A stretch of 63,704 bases of DNA, filler included, from Mycoplasmatota bacterium (GCA_012727915.1; 12 parts of 12 records of this genome joined end to end with filler, not necessarily neighbours in it); one strand, 5' to 3'; numbered from the whole stretch's first letter, positions 9,764 through 20,799 are shown. Notes: generated from the letters alone by a model not told the origin. Numbers and translations are program-made.

Positions 9764-10252
9764 ATGAAAAAGAAAATTGATTTTACAAAGAAAGATTTAT
9801 TATTATTATTAATATTATCAGTTACAATATTTTTTTGTAATTATTTTCTAAGTTGGCATTCTGTATATAAAGAATATAATTTAAATGTTTCTATATTATC
9901 TGATTATTTAGTGGAAGTTTCAAATAATGAGTTTGATTCATATATAACAGAAAATCCAAATTCATTTGTATATCTTGGAGTTGTAGATGATTTAGAAACA
10001 AGAAGCTTTGAAAAAGAATTTAAAGCTACTATTAATAGATATTTTTTAAATGATAAAGTAATTTATATCAATATAAAAGATATAGATATTAATGAATTAT
10101 TAAAACCCTATAATGATATTAAACAAATAGAGAAAACACCTGTTATCATATATTTTGAAGAAGGAAAAGTATTAGACTTTATAAATACAAGTAATCATTC
10201 TATGAAGAGTGATGCTATTATTAGATTTTTTAAACATTATGGAGATATATGA
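9764..10252 (+). CDS. Membrane-anchored thioredoxin-fold protein without CxxC (DUF6568-like)
   Basis: N-terminal TM, FVYLG, IYIN, TPVIIYFEEGK. Confidence 0.6.
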   Translation: MKKKIDFTKKDLLLLLILSVTIFFCNYFLSWHSVYKEYNLNVSILSDYLVEVSNNEFDSYITENPNSFVYLGVVDDLETRSFEKEFKATINRYFLNDKVIYINIKDIDINELLKPYNDIKQIEKTPVIIYFEEGKVLDFINTSNHSMKSDAIIRFFKHYGDI

Positions 10253-10752
10253 TTAATATAGTATTATATGAACCAGAGATACCTCAAAATACAGGTAATA
10301 TTATGAGAACTTGTGTTGCAACTAATTCTGTATTACATTTAATAAGACCATTAGGCTTTAATATTAATGATAAGACTTTAAAAAGAAGTGCAGTTAATTA
10401 TACTGATAAATTAGTTTTTCATATATATGATGATTATGAAGATTTTAAATCAAAAAATAAAGGAGAATATTATTTTTTTACAAGATATGGTAATAAAACT
10501 CATTCATCTATTAATTATAAAGATAAAGAAAATATATATTTAATATTTGGTAAAGAATCAACAGGTATTCCTAAAGAGATATTAAAAGATAATATTAATA
10601 ATTGTATAAGAATACCAATGAGTGATAACGTTAGAGCAATTAATTTATCTAATAGTGTTGCGATAGGGATTTATGAAGTACTAAGACAAATTGATTATGA
10701 AGGATTGTATTTTGAAGAACCTCACAAAGGGAAAGATTATTTAATAAAATAA
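10249..10752 (+). CDS. trmL: tRNA (cytidine/uridine-34 2'-O)-methyltransferase
   Basis: IVLYEPEIPQNTGNI, FGKESTG, RIPM, NLSNSVA SpoU motifs. Confidence 0.95.
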   Translation: MINIVLYEPEIPQNTGNIMRTCVATNSVLHLIRPLGFNINDKTLKRSAVNYTDKLVFHIYDDYEDFKSKNKGEYYFFTRYGNKTHSSINYKDKENIYLIFGKESTGIPKEILKDNINNCIRIPMSDNVRAINLSNSVAIGIYEVLRQIDYEGLYFEEPHKGKDYLIK

Positions 10753-10811
10753 TATTTTTATTTTTTAAAAAGATATGATATAATTTATTTATACTATGTG
10801 GAGGTTTAAAT

Positions 10812-12392
10812 ATGTATAAAAAAATATTAAAAACGTTTATATTTACTTTAATAATGTTCATAGGAATTACTTTGGTTAATGCAGATCCAGCTTGTGAACC
10901 AATAGAAAACAATAATAATGCAGATAATAGAGTATTAACTTGTGATATGGATAAAGATACATCAACATCTTTTCAATATCCAAAAGGAGTAGGAGTTCAA
11001 GTTACATCTTTTGAAAACCCTTATTGTGTGGTAACTTGTAAAGAAAACATTGCTTTTTCTTTTGATAATGCTAAAGTATTATCAGCGGGTATGGGATTTA
11101 CTTATCCTTTATATTTATCAGCACAAAGACAATGTATGTCAGAATATAAAAATGTTGAAGATTACGATGAATTACTAAGAAAATTAATAGATGCTTATAT
11201 GGTTTTGGTGGGACAAAAATATTTTGGTGGTTCAAGAGCAGATTATAATTATGATGGTTTTTCAAATAGAAACGATTATTTATCAGTTAATGATGATAAA
11301 AATATATTAAAAGATATTGAAGGCAATTTAGTGTTTAATCCAGCTTTAGATATATCAAATGATGTTAACATTGGAAGACTTAAGAATACTATTAATAATA
11401 TGTCTAGTTTTAAAGAAGAATGTAATTCTTGGCCTTTAGAAACTAATGTTGGTACTGAATATTCTTTAAATCCTGATGTTAGTTTAAATGTAACAACTTC
11501 AAAAGGAAATGTAACAGAAGTATATAATTATATTAATAATTCTAGTACAAGAACTCATACTTATAATAATACGGGTTATAATTTATGCAAATTAAATGAA
11601 ACAATAGAAAGTGGAATATCTTTATATGATTGTAAGCCTGATACTTCATATGATGGTTGGAGTGAAACATCAAATATTAGAGGAAGATTTACAATACCTC
11701 CAAAGAAGATGGAATTATATACTGGTAAAATAGAAGTGTTAAAAGATTCTGATAGTGATTTTGTTAATTGGTGTAAGGCAGGAGAAAAGTTCTTTGTGTC
11801 ACCAACAGAAATTACTAGACCGGCAGAAAGCAATAAAGCTGATAAAGGATATCCTTTAGTATTATCAGTAAGAAATATTGGAAATAATATTGAACCTTTA
11901 TCTCCAAAGAATATGACATTAACTGTTAATTGTTACTATCAAGTAATAAATACTTTATCTTTATCAGAAACTGATCCTTGGTTTATAGAAAACAACTCTG
12001 ATTGGGGAATAAACGGTAGAACATCAACAATAAATGCAATAATATATAGACCAATAGATTTAAATGATCCTTTCCCTAATAGAGATCCAAGAATAAATTG
12101 GGATGGAACAATTACTGAAAAAATAAATGGTTCTGAAGTAGTTAGAACTTTAGAAGAAAAATTTATAACTAGTACAGCAGATACAATAAGAAATAGAACA
12201 ATGTATACAATAGATTTAAATGCTTCGTCTATTAAAAATGTTAAAAGTTATAATAGAGAACATCCATATATAGATTGGAGATTGACTCCTTCTGAAAAGA
12301 GTTTATTTATAAATAATAATACTCGAATAATAAAAAGAGGAGAGACATATTCAGATAATAATGATCCAACATATAAAAGGGGGGAGAATTAA
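10812..12392 (+). CDS. Secreted Cys-containing hypothetical protein
   Basis: GGAGG RBS, signal ending VNA, spaced Cys pairs, C-terminal YRPIDLNDPFPNR..RINW motif. Confidence 0.8.
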   Translation: MYKKILKTFIFTLIMFIGITLVNADPACEPIENNNNADNRVLTCDMDKDTSTSFQYPKGVGVQVTSFENPYCVVTCKENIAFSFDNAKVLSAGMGFTYPLYLSAQRQCMSEYKNVEDYDELLRKLIDAYMVLVGQKYFGGSRADYNYDGFSNRNDYLSVNDDKNILKDIEGNLVFNPALDISNDVNIGRLKNTINNMSSFKEECNSWPLETNVGTEYSLNPDVSLNVTTSKGNVTEVYNYINNSSTRTHTYNNTGYNLCKLNETIESGISLYDCKPDTSYDGWSETSNIRGRFTIPPKKMELYTGKIEVLKDSDSDFVNWCKAGEKFFVSPTEITRPAESNKADKGYPLVLSVRNIGNNIEPLSPKNMTLTVNCYYQVINTLSLSETDPWFIENNSDWGINGRTSTINAIIYRPIDLNDPFPNRDPRINWDGTITEKINGSEVVRTLEEKFITSTADTIRNRTMYTIDLNASSIKNVKSYNREHPYIDWRLTPSEKSLFINNNTRIIKRGETYSDNNDPTYKRGEN

Positions 12393-12395
12393 TAT

Positions 12396-15300
12396 ATGAG
12401 AGAATCTATGTGGGGAATATTTATTATTGTAATTGGTGCTGTAGGCATTATAGCAATAAACTTATTCCAAAGATTAACAGTAACAGATGCAAATACATAT
12501 GTGTTAATGAAAGAATCAACTAAAGCAGCAATGTATGACTCGATTGATATTGCTTATTTTAGAAATACTGGAAACGTTAAAATTATAGAAGAAAAATTTG
12601 TAGAAAATTTTACTAGAAGATTCGCAGAATCAGCTGTTATTAATACAAATTATAAAATAGTAGTACATGATATAGTAGAGTATCCTCCAAAGGTTAGTTT
12701 AAGTATATTGACAGATCTTGATGATATGAAGAATAATGAATATAAGGTTTTACAAACAATAGATTCAATATTTGAAACTGTATATTCAAGAGCTGAGTTT
12801 TATGATAGATTTGGAGTTCATTCTGAAGAATGGTTTCCAGGAAGTCAAATATGGGATGGCACACCTATTGATCCTGTTGAAGAAAATTTTTGTAAAAATG
12901 CAAAAACTGATATTGATGAATGTATATCTGGAGATTTACAATTTTTAAGATGGGAAGAATTAGAAAGAACAGTTCTTCAAATTTGTGATACTGAATTAGG
13001 TAAGTTAGGACCTAAAGATAGAGATGCATTTTATCAAGAATGTATATGTGGAAAATGGTCTGAAGAAAAATTTAAAACAATTAATAGTGGAAGACCTAGA
13101 ATAAAAGATAGTGTTGCAACATATACATGGCATTTTACAGAAGAAGGTCCAGTTAATGATATAGATGAAACTGTTACAGACAAAATAATTGGAGCAGTAT
13201 GTTTAAGAGATTTAAAAATATTAAAAAAAGATGATTTACCAAGAACTAACTTGGGAGGTATTGAATGTGGCCCTGATGGTGTAGTTGTAATGGTTGGTCA
13301 GTCTATAAAATTATATCCAAGATATATTCCAAATAACGCTGTAAATAGAAATTTAAATTGGCAAAAAGTAAGTGGAGCAAGTCATCTTAACTTAATACCG
13401 CTTAGTCAATTATATTTCCCTTATCCTCAAAAAGATACTATTACAGTTTTGGGAGTTTCTAAAGGGAATACTGTAGTAAGCGCAGTACCAGTAGATAATC
13501 CTTCTGGTATTAAAGAGGCAACCTGTTTAGTGAAAGTTTTGGATAAACCGGATTTTTCTTGTCCACCTTCAAAACAAATACTTGTTGGTTCGACTTTTTG
13601 GCCAACAATAATTAAGGGAAAAGACTTTCCTGTAGATTATACATTAACATATGATGTTTTTAATAGGACATTGGCTTCATATGATTCTTCAACAGATTTA
13701 ATAACTGGATTAAATCCAGGAAGTACAAATTATATAGCCACTGTAACAATTGATGGAAAATCTTATTCTGAACTTTGTCCATTTGAAGTAACAGAAATAA
13801 TACCGGCCACAGCTAAAGCTAGCCCTACTTGCCATCCGTATACAATTATTATAGACACAATTCAAAATTCTGAATCGGCATCTTTTCTAAATCCTAGCAA
13901 AAAATCAGTATCGAATTATTCATTATTTAATACTGCTTATTTAAATATTAATTCAAGTACAGGTCTTATGACAGTTAAAAACAGACCGCAAAGTGATAGA
14001 TATTTAAGCTTTAGAGTAACGTTTAATGATAGTACATATTTGGATTGTCCAGTGATGTTGGCGGGGACAGTCCCTCCACCAACTGGCGAATGTACTGTTG
14101 GAGAGTTAATACCATTATGGGATCAATCATACATTGATGTAAAATCAGTGTGTTTAATTACAAAAGAACATAATTTTATACTTGCACAACTTCAAGCTTC
14201 TAATTCAGTAATGCATTTACCTATAAAAGAGTGTGGAAGAACAGGAACTATAAGTGGTTGCAAAGGATCTTGGCATACAACTACCTATTCATATACTGGA
14301 GAAGCAAATCTATTTTTTATAAATTATAATGTAAGATTCAATCCGATATATTCTTATTCAGATTGGCCAAAAGCAACACTACCATGTTCAGGAGTTCATA
14401 CCCAAGGTAATATTGATTTGGTTTCAAAATATTCTGCCCCTCGATCAGTACTTTTTAGCAAAACAACCGCATATAATCAAAATTATTTTTGTCAGATGTT
14501 TCCTATTATCGGAGATCCAAATGCATACTTTCTTGCTGATTATAGCTTTCCTACTGAAATAGTACCCGGTCTTGAAGGATCAGATAGAATTGTATATCAT
14601 GTTATGGGCGGACCTGAAGCTAAAATGCCCACTACAAGTTGTAAAAAAATAACTGGGCTTGGTAGTCTAGAAAAAAAAGATATATGGACTTGGAAATATG
14701 TTGCGCCGGAGCCTTATCCCGCAGGAGGTGGTAGCTTTACTTTTGAGTGTTCAACTAAAGAAGACCCATTATTGACAAAGACAGGCACAATAAAATTAAA
14801 TAACATAGATTGTGGATTGTATTCTCTTGAAGTAACTCCGGATCAAGTTTGGGCTTTGCCTTCTAAACAAAGTGGAACAGCAAAATTGGTAGTAGATGAT
14901 AATCCAAAATTAGATGTTGAAAACGAATTTGTTTCAATATGGTCTACTTCGGGTTTAGTAACAATAGATGGCAATAGTAATACGGCTACTTCAAGGAATA
15001 TAGATGCAAGTGGAGCAGGAAGTGGATATGCAACAATTTATGGGCAAAGACAGGCCTATGGAGCGTGTGCTAAATCACCTATCCTAAAATATAGTTTATA
15101 TGCATGCAAAACAGCAGAATATTTTTGCCCTGAAGTTTTATATTCACATTTAGATGGGAATATATGCTATTCTTCGGATATAGAAGAAGCCATATGTGAT
15201 TCTGGAAAAGGGGGGACACAAATTTTGTATAATAACAATTGTTATAATAAAACGAGTTTACCGGTTGCAACAAAAAGCGATCGATATTGTAAAGTGGGTA

Positions 15301-15917
15301 CTAAAGTTTGTTTTGATGGAGATTGCAATGAAGAAATATGTATATATGATGGAATAGCTAGATCAACTGGAAAATGCGATACATACTCTGAAAGTTTTAG
15401 TAGTGGATCATGTACAAACTCGGGTTCATACGGAGATGCAACTTATAAAACATGTAGATACGCATATAGACAAAAAGCGATATCAAGTTCTGGCACAAAT
15501 ACAAGCAATTATGTTTATAGCAGTTCTAAAGAAGCAATGGCTGCATGCAAATTGAACGTTAAAATTGGATATGCTTGTGAAGATACACCGACAAGAACAT
15601 ACACGTATACTTGTACAAGTTCTACAACTAGCGATTGTCCGGCCACTCATCCTTGGGTAACTAGCACTACGTGTTATAAAACAACAGAATTAACAGATGG
15701 CACGTATTCTTGCTCCTCTGGAACTTTAGTAGCAACTAACAGATGTGTAACATCGAGTTCTTCAACAGCTGTTCCTAAATTATGCCCTGATCCTGCTGAA
15801 TATGTTAAAATAAATGAAACCGATACATTTTGTGTGCATTTATATGATACCGAATTAGCACATTTAACTTGCCCTGGATATGGTTCATCATCGAGCGGAG
15901 GTGGATTAACCAAATAG
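12396..15917 (+). CDS. Large surface protein: DUF5411-like N-terminal domain, Ig-like repeats, Cys-rich C-terminal repeats
   Basis: N-terminal TM then KESTKAAMYDSID...EKFVENFTRRFAES...PPKVS; Big_2-like VMVGQSIKL..P.NAVNRNLNW; repeated C-x(7-15)-C units. Confidence 0.75.
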   Translation: MRESMWGIFIIVIGAVGIIAINLFQRLTVTDANTYVLMKESTKAAMYDSIDIAYFRNTGNVKIIEEKFVENFTRRFAESAVINTNYKIVVHDIVEYPPKVSLSILTDLDDMKNNEYKVLQTIDSIFETVYSRAEFYDRFGVHSEEWFPGSQIWDGTPIDPVEENFCKNAKTDIDECISGDLQFLRWEELERTVLQICDTELGKLGPKDRDAFYQECICGKWSEEKFKTINSGRPRIKDSVATYTWHFTEEGPVNDIDETVTDKIIGAVCLRDLKILKKDDLPRTNLGGIECGPDGVVVMVGQSIKLYPRYIPNNAVNRNLNWQKVSGASHLNLIPLSQLYFPYPQKDTITVLGVSKGNTVVSAVPVDNPSGIKEATCLVKVLDKPDFSCPPSKQILVGSTFWPTIIKGKDFPVDYTLTYDVFNRTLASYDSSTDLITGLNPGSTNYIATVTIDGKSYSELCPFEVTEIIPATAKASPTCHPYTIIIDTIQNSESASFLNPSKKSVSNYSLFNTAYLNINSSTGLMTVKNRPQSDRYLSFRVTFNDSTYLDCPVMLAGTVPPPTGECTVGELIPLWDQSYIDVKSVCLITKEHNFILAQLQASNSVMHLPIKECGRTGTISGCKGSWHTTTYSYTGEANLFFINYNVRFNPIYSYSDWPKATLPCSGVHTQGNIDLVSKYSAPRSVLFSKTTAYNQNYFCQMFPIIGDPNAYFLADYSFPTEIVPGLEGSDRIVYHVMGGPEAKMPTTSCKKITGLGSLEKKDIWTWKYVAPEPYPAGGGSFTFECSTKEDPLLTKTGTIKLNNIDCGLYSLEVTPDQVWALPSKQSGTAKLVVDDNPKLDVENEFVSIWSTSGLVTIDGNSNTATSRNIDASGAGSGYATIYGQRQAYGACAKSPILKYSLYACKTAEYFCPEVLYSHLDGNICYSSDIEEAICDSGKGGTQILYNNNCYNKTSLPVATKSDRYCKVGTKVCFDGDCNEEICIYDGIARSTGKCDTYSESFSSGSCTNSGSYGDATYKTCRYAYRQKAISSSGTNTSNYVYSSSKEAMAACKLNVKIGYACEDTPTRTYTYTCTSSTTSDCPATHPWVTSTTCYKTTELTDGTYSCSSGTLVATNRCVTSSSSTAVPKLCPDPAEYVKINETDTFCVHLYDTELAHLTCPGYGSSSSGGGLTK

Positions 15918-15951
15918 TATATTATAATTATAATATAGCATATGATATTTA

Positions 15952-15980
15952 TTGACAATAAATATATGATAAACTATAAT
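15952..15980 (+). promoter_or_regulatory. Sigma-A type promoter
   Basis: TTGACA-17 nt-TATAAT before the G-rich RBS of 16004. Confidence 0.8.
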
Positions 15981-16003
15981 AATGTTTAAGTTGTGGGGGG
16001 ATT

Positions 16004-17344
16004 ATGAAAATAAACAAAAAAATTTCTTATATTTTATCTGGAATATTAGCTTTATCCGGAGTTAATATTCCTTCTTCTATTGCAGAATCAAATACTAAAG
16101 AGATTAATCAAATAGATGAGAAATATGTTGTTGCTTCTTATCCAAATGTTTTAAATTTGTCCTCAGATAAAATAGATAGATTAACTGAAGGCTCATTTAA
16201 TCCGACTATCGATAAATTAGAAGGAATATTATGGATTTGTTTAAAAACAAATGATAAAAAAACTTTATTGTTAGCTGATTATCATCAAATATTTTATGAT
16301 TCTACAGAAGGCCCTTTAGTTCAAGGTGTAAATAACGATTCGCTTGAAAATAATGAAAAATATTTTCTAGATAAAAAACAAACTCTAGAAGATATGAGTA
16401 GATACTTATCTTTGACTAAGTTTCAAGATTATATATTAGTTAATGGATATGTAATTTTAGATTTATTTAACCCAAGAAATTTGATAGGCATATATGATAA
16501 TGAAAAATTTTATCATAATAGAAATTTTTTTGATAAAAATGAAGAAATTGAACTTGTTTTTTTTACTGGTGATATAAATGAACTTGCAAATCTTATTTCA
16601 ATTGATTTAAGTAAATATAATTTGCCGGAAAGAATTAAAAAAAATATGGAAGACGGCAGTACAAAAATAAGTTTAAAAGATGTATATGATTTATATATGG
16701 CAATAGTTCCCTATGAATACTTACCTACACTAACACAAAGAAAATTTAACATTAATCCTACTGTACCAATATTTAAGGATGAAATATTAGAAAAAAACAT
16801 TAATGAAAAAATAGAAGAATTAGGATATAATATTTTGCCCACCAAATCTGGAGAAACTAACTTTTTATTTTATTATTTGGATTTTAAAACTTTGTATTAT
16901 CTTGATTTTTATACTAGGGAAAAAATAGCAAAGTATGGTAATACTGATTTTAACAAAGAATATTTGAAAAAACTAGATGTTAGTGATGATTTTTATAAAG
17001 AAGATTCTAATGGCATATTTAATTATTTAAAAATAATTTCTAACGACTTTGCATTTTTTGTAGATGAATACTTGCCTGGTTTGGATTATTTGTTCACTCT
17101 TTCTTTTACTTATGGAGATTTTGTGGATTTCTATCAAAAGATACCTTTGGATCAACAGATAGATTATAGCTTTTATGATTTTAGTAAATCGCCTATTATT
17201 GATCAGTATGAAGAATTGCCTAAACCTGCTAGTTGTATTCCATATATTGATTATGAAAATAATACATTGTATGCAATTCCAAAAACAGGTAGAGATAATG
17301 AAATAATTAAACAATTAGTTATTAAAAATAAAGAGAACTCATAA
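16004..17344 (+). CDS. Hypothetical exported protein
   Basis: 446-aa ORF with own promoter, RBS and N-terminal hydrophobic segment; no family recognised. Confidence 0.75.
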   Translation: MKINKKISYILSGILALSGVNIPSSIAESNTKEINQIDEKYVVASYPNVLNLSSDKIDRLTEGSFNPTIDKLEGILWICLKTNDKKTLLLADYHQIFYDSTEGPLVQGVNNDSLENNEKYFLDKKQTLEDMSRYLSLTKFQDYILVNGYVILDLFNPRNLIGIYDNEKFYHNRNFFDKNEEIELVFFTGDINELANLISIDLSKYNLPERIKKNMEDGSTKISLKDVYDLYMAIVPYEYLPTLTQRKFNINPTVPIFKDEILEKNINEKIEELGYNILPTKSGETNFLFYYLDFKTLYYLDFYTREKIAKYGNTDFNKEYLKKLDVSDDFYKEDSNGIFNYLKIISNDFAFFVDEYLPGLDYLFTLSFTYGDFVDFYQKIPLDQQIDYSFYDFSKSPIIDQYEELPKPASCIPYIDYENNTLYAIPKTGRDNEIIKQLVIKNKENS

Positions 17345-17393
17345 TATTGACTTTATGAGTTTTTTCATATAATATTGTTATTATAGAAAGAGG

Positions 17394-18194
17394 TTGATTA
17401 TGATTAAAAAAACAATGTTAATTTTGATATTATTAATGCCTTTAGTTGTATTTGGTGAAGAAATAATAGAATTTAGAAAAGACAATTATTATATAGAAGA
17501 TGCTTATTATGAAATTGCTTATTTGATTGATAATAAATTTGAAGTTGAGGAAAATTATAAAACTAGATTAATATATGGTGATACTTCTCAAACATATTTT
17601 TTTGAAAAAACTATTGATAATTCGTTTTCATTTAATTATAAAGGTTTGGATTACAAATACAATGTGGAACACAAAATTAATAATATTGAGGGAGATTCGC
17701 TTTACAGTATATATCAATCTAACAAAGATAGTCTTAGATATGTATTTGGAGAAAAATATTCTTTATTAAAGGAAATCGAATATTTTAAAATAAAATATAC
17801 AATGGATAATTTTGCATTAAAAAATAATATGTATGCTTATAAAATTGGAAATGATTTTTATGAAATAAAGAAATTGACTTTCAAAATAATCGCGCCTTTT
17901 GCTACTGAAGGTAAAGAAATATTATTTAGTTTAGACGGAAAAAATTTTAGTAAAGAAATAGATGGATTATCAGTTAAACTTGAAGGTAGCGCTAAGATTA
18001 ATGGAGAATATAATAAGACATTAAACAAAGGGGAAGAAATTTATTTTTTAATGTATGATTCAAATGAAGTAATATTCGAAGTTGAAAAGGAAAAAACAAA
18101 TAATAATAATTTATATTTAATAATTGGTGGCGTTGTAGTTCTTGTTGGATTATCTGCATTTCTAATAGTTAAAAAAGTAAAGGATAAAAAATAA
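17394..18194 (+). CDS. Exported beta-rich protein with C-terminal TM anchor (DUF2207-like)
   Basis: Signal ending VFG, C-terminal TM and Lys tail; terminator hairpin at about 18200-18230. Confidence 0.6.
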   Translation: MIMIKKTMLILILLMPLVVFGEEIIEFRKDNYYIEDAYYEIAYLIDNKFEVEENYKTRLIYGDTSQTYFFEKTIDNSFSFNYKGLDYKYNVEHKINNIEGDSLYSIYQSNKDSLRYVFGEKYSLLKEIEYFKIKYTMDNFALKNNMYAYKIGNDFYEIKKLTFKIIAPFATEGKEILFSLDGKNFSKEIDGLSVKLEGSAKINGEYNKTLNKGEEIYFLMYDSNEVIFEVEKEKTNNNNLYLIIGGVVVLVGLSAFLIVKKVKDKK

Positions 18195-18411
18195 TAATTA
18201 AGAATCAATATTAATTGATTCTTTTATTTTTATCAATAAGTGTAAAAAGATATGGAAAGTTTTATATATTTATGATAATATTATTACATAATAGTATAGA
18301 AGGAGAATAAANNNNNNNNNNNNNNNNNNNNNNNNNNNNNNNNNNNNNNNNNNNNTTAATTAATTAANNNNNNNNNNNNNNNNNNNNNNNNNNNNNNNNN
18401 NNNNNNNNNNN

Positions 18412-19088
18412 TAAATGAATATTATTCTGTATATAATTATCAAATAGATGGAAGAAAGATATTAAATGATTTAATTAATAGCAATAAAAATGTTATTATT
18501 GTAGGAGGTACTGGTTTATACATTTCAGCGCTCTTATACGATTATAAGTTTAATAAAGAATCCATAAACAATAATTATGATGATTTAACTAATGAAGAAA
18601 TATATAATAAAATAATGGAAATAGACCCTAATACAAAAACACACATAAATAATAGACAAAGATTAGTTAGGGAACTAAATAGATTATTAAATAAAAATTC
18701 GAGTAATCAAGGTAGTAAATTATTATATGATACAATCTTTATTGGTCTAACTACTAGTAGAGAAAACTTATATAATATAATTGATAAAAGAGTAGACAAA
18801 ATGATAGAAGCAGGGTTATTAGATGAAGTTAAACAATTACATTCATCTAATATAAGAAATAGATCTATAATGACAGCAATCGGATACAAAGAATTGTATC
18901 AATATTTCGATGGAATTATATCATTAGAAGAATCTATAGACTTAATTAAAAAGAATACTAGACATTATGCTAAAAGACAATATACTTGGTTTAAAAATAA
19001 AATGAATATAACTTGGTTTAATGTTGATTTTGATAAATTTGATAATACTATTAATGAAGTAAATAAATATATAGAGGAGAACAGATGA
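18412..19088 (+). CDS. miaA: tRNA dimethylallyltransferase, C-terminal part (gene split by assembly)
   Basis: Open from contig start: NEYYSVYNYQ...IIVGGTGLY...NRQRLVR...AIGYKE...TRHYAKRQYTWF. Confidence 0.93.
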
Positions 19089-20167
19089 AAAGAAAGTTAA
19101 AAACACCAGTAAAAATATTATTAGGAATATTATTATTAATTTTTGTAATAATAATATCATTTATATTTATATATAATTTAAATTTATCTAGTGTAAGTGA
19201 CAAACTTAACAATGAAATTGTTGAGTTCAAGATAGAAAAAGGAGATTCTATAGATGAAATAATTAATGGTTTGAAAGATAATAAAATTATAAAAAATATA
19301 TCTTTTACTAAATTATATATTAAATTAAACAATATAAATAATCTTCAAGCTGGAACTTATGAATTGGATAATTCAGATAATACATCTAAAATCATAGATA
19401 AATTAAATAAAGGTTTAGTTGTTAATAAAGATGAAATTAAAATTACATTTCAAGAAGGAAAAACAATTAGAGGAATTGCTAAAATAATTGAAAATAATAC
19501 TAACAATAAAGAAGAAGATGTATTTAATTTATTAAAAGATAATACATATATTGATTCTTTAATTAAAGATTATTGGTTTATAACTGAATATGTTAAAAAT
19601 GAAGAGTTATTGTATCCTTTAGAAGGATATTTAGCAATGAATACATACATATATAAAGATAAAGACGTTACAGTAAAAGAAATATTTAAAAAAATGTTGG
19701 ATTATATGGATATAATATTATCAAAATATAAAACACAAATAGAAACTTCAGAGTTTTCAATTCATGAGATATTAACTTTTTCAAGTATTGTACAATCAGA
19801 AGGATTAAATTTTGATACTATGAGTACTATAGCGGGTGTGTTTTATAATAGATTAGAAGAGAATATGCCATTTGAAAGTTGCGCAACAAATTGTTATCCA
19901 AGGAGTATAGAACCATGCACTCCAAATAAAGTTGATTTCGATTATGATAGCCCTTACAATACATATTTATCATCATTATCAGGAAAACTTCCAATTGGAC
20001 CAATATCTTCTTTTGGAGAGGACGCAATTAAAGCAACATTAACTCCTAATGATAATGAATATTTATTCTTTTTAGCAGATAAGAATGGAAAAACATATTT
20101 TAATAAAACAAATAGAGAACACGTAAACACAATATCTGAATTAGAAAGTAAAGGATTGTGGTTCTAA
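19085..20167 (+). CDS. mltG: Endolytic transglycosylase MltG (YceG family)
   Basis: N-terminal TM, LQAGTYEL, EGYL..NTY, SIVQSE with catalytic Glu, VFYNRL, SPYNTY, LPIGPI, YLFF. Confidence 0.92.
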   Translation: MKRKLKTPVKILLGILLLIFVIIISFIFIYNLNLSSVSDKLNNEIVEFKIEKGDSIDEIINGLKDNKIIKNISFTKLYIKLNNINNLQAGTYELDNSDNTSKIIDKLNKGLVVNKDEIKITFQEGKTIRGIAKIIENNTNNKEEDVFNLLKDNTYIDSLIKDYWFITEYVKNEELLYPLEGYLAMNTYIYKDKDVTVKEIFKKMLDYMDIILSKYKTQIETSEFSIHEILTFSSIVQSEGLNFDTMSTIAGVFYNRLEENMPFESCATNCYPRSIEPCTPNKVDFDYDSPYNTYLSSLSGKLPIGPISSFGEDAIKATLTPNDNEYLFFLADKNGKTYFNKTNREHVNTISELESKGLWF

Positions 20168-20385
20168 TGAAGAACGAAAAGTTGTTTCTAATGAGATTAA
20201 ATAAGGGATATACTCATAAAAGAATGGGTGAATTATTAAATATTAGTAAATCATATTATTGTCAATTAGAAAATGGTAAAAGAACTTTATCATATAAAAT
20301 GGCTTATGATATATCTAAAATATTAGAAACTAAACCCGATGATATATTTTATGAAGTCTATAATAACACTGTTAACCAAAAATAG
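20167..20385 (+). CDS. XRE-family helix-turn-helix protein
   Basis: ISKSYYCQLENGKR; ATG at 20167 overlaps the mltG stop. Confidence 0.85.
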   Translation: MKNEKLFLMRLNKGYTHKRMGELLNISKSYYCQLENGKRTLSYKMAYDISKILETKPDDIFYEVYNNTVNQK

Positions 20386-20414
20386 TTGACAGTGTTTTTT
20401 TATAATGATATAAT
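20386..20414 (+). promoter_or_regulatory. rpsP promoter overlapping the upstream terminator hairpin
   Basis: TTGACA-17-TATAAT with extended TG; AACACTGTTAAC/GTTGACAGTGTT stem then T-run. Confidence 0.75.
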
Positions 20415-20436
20415 TTCTATAAGAAAAGGAGGAAAA

Positions 20437-20699
20437 ATGGCAGTTAAAATAAGATTAACAAGAGCAGGTGCTAAGAAAAAACCATTTTATCGTATTGTAG
20501 CAGTAGATTCAAGAGAAAAAAGAGATGGAAAGTATATAGAATTATTAGGTACTTTTAATCCTTTAGTTAGTCCAGAATTAGTAAAATTAGATACTGAAAA
20601 TATTGTTAAATGGTTAAACAATGGAGCATTACCAACTGATACAGTTAGAGTAATATTAAGTAAAGCTGGTATATTAAAGAAATTACATGAAGAAAAGAA
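20437..20699 (+). CDS. rpsP: 30S ribosomal protein S16, 3' end cut at contig edge
   Basis: [21 protein letters not shown]...[18 protein letters not shown]. Confidence 0.98.
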
Positions 20700-20799
20700 N
20701 NNNNNNNNNNNNNNNNNNNNNNNNNNNNNNNNNNNNNNNNNNNTTAATTAATTAANNNNNNNNNNNNNNNNNNNNNNNNNNNNNNNNNNNNNNNNNNNN

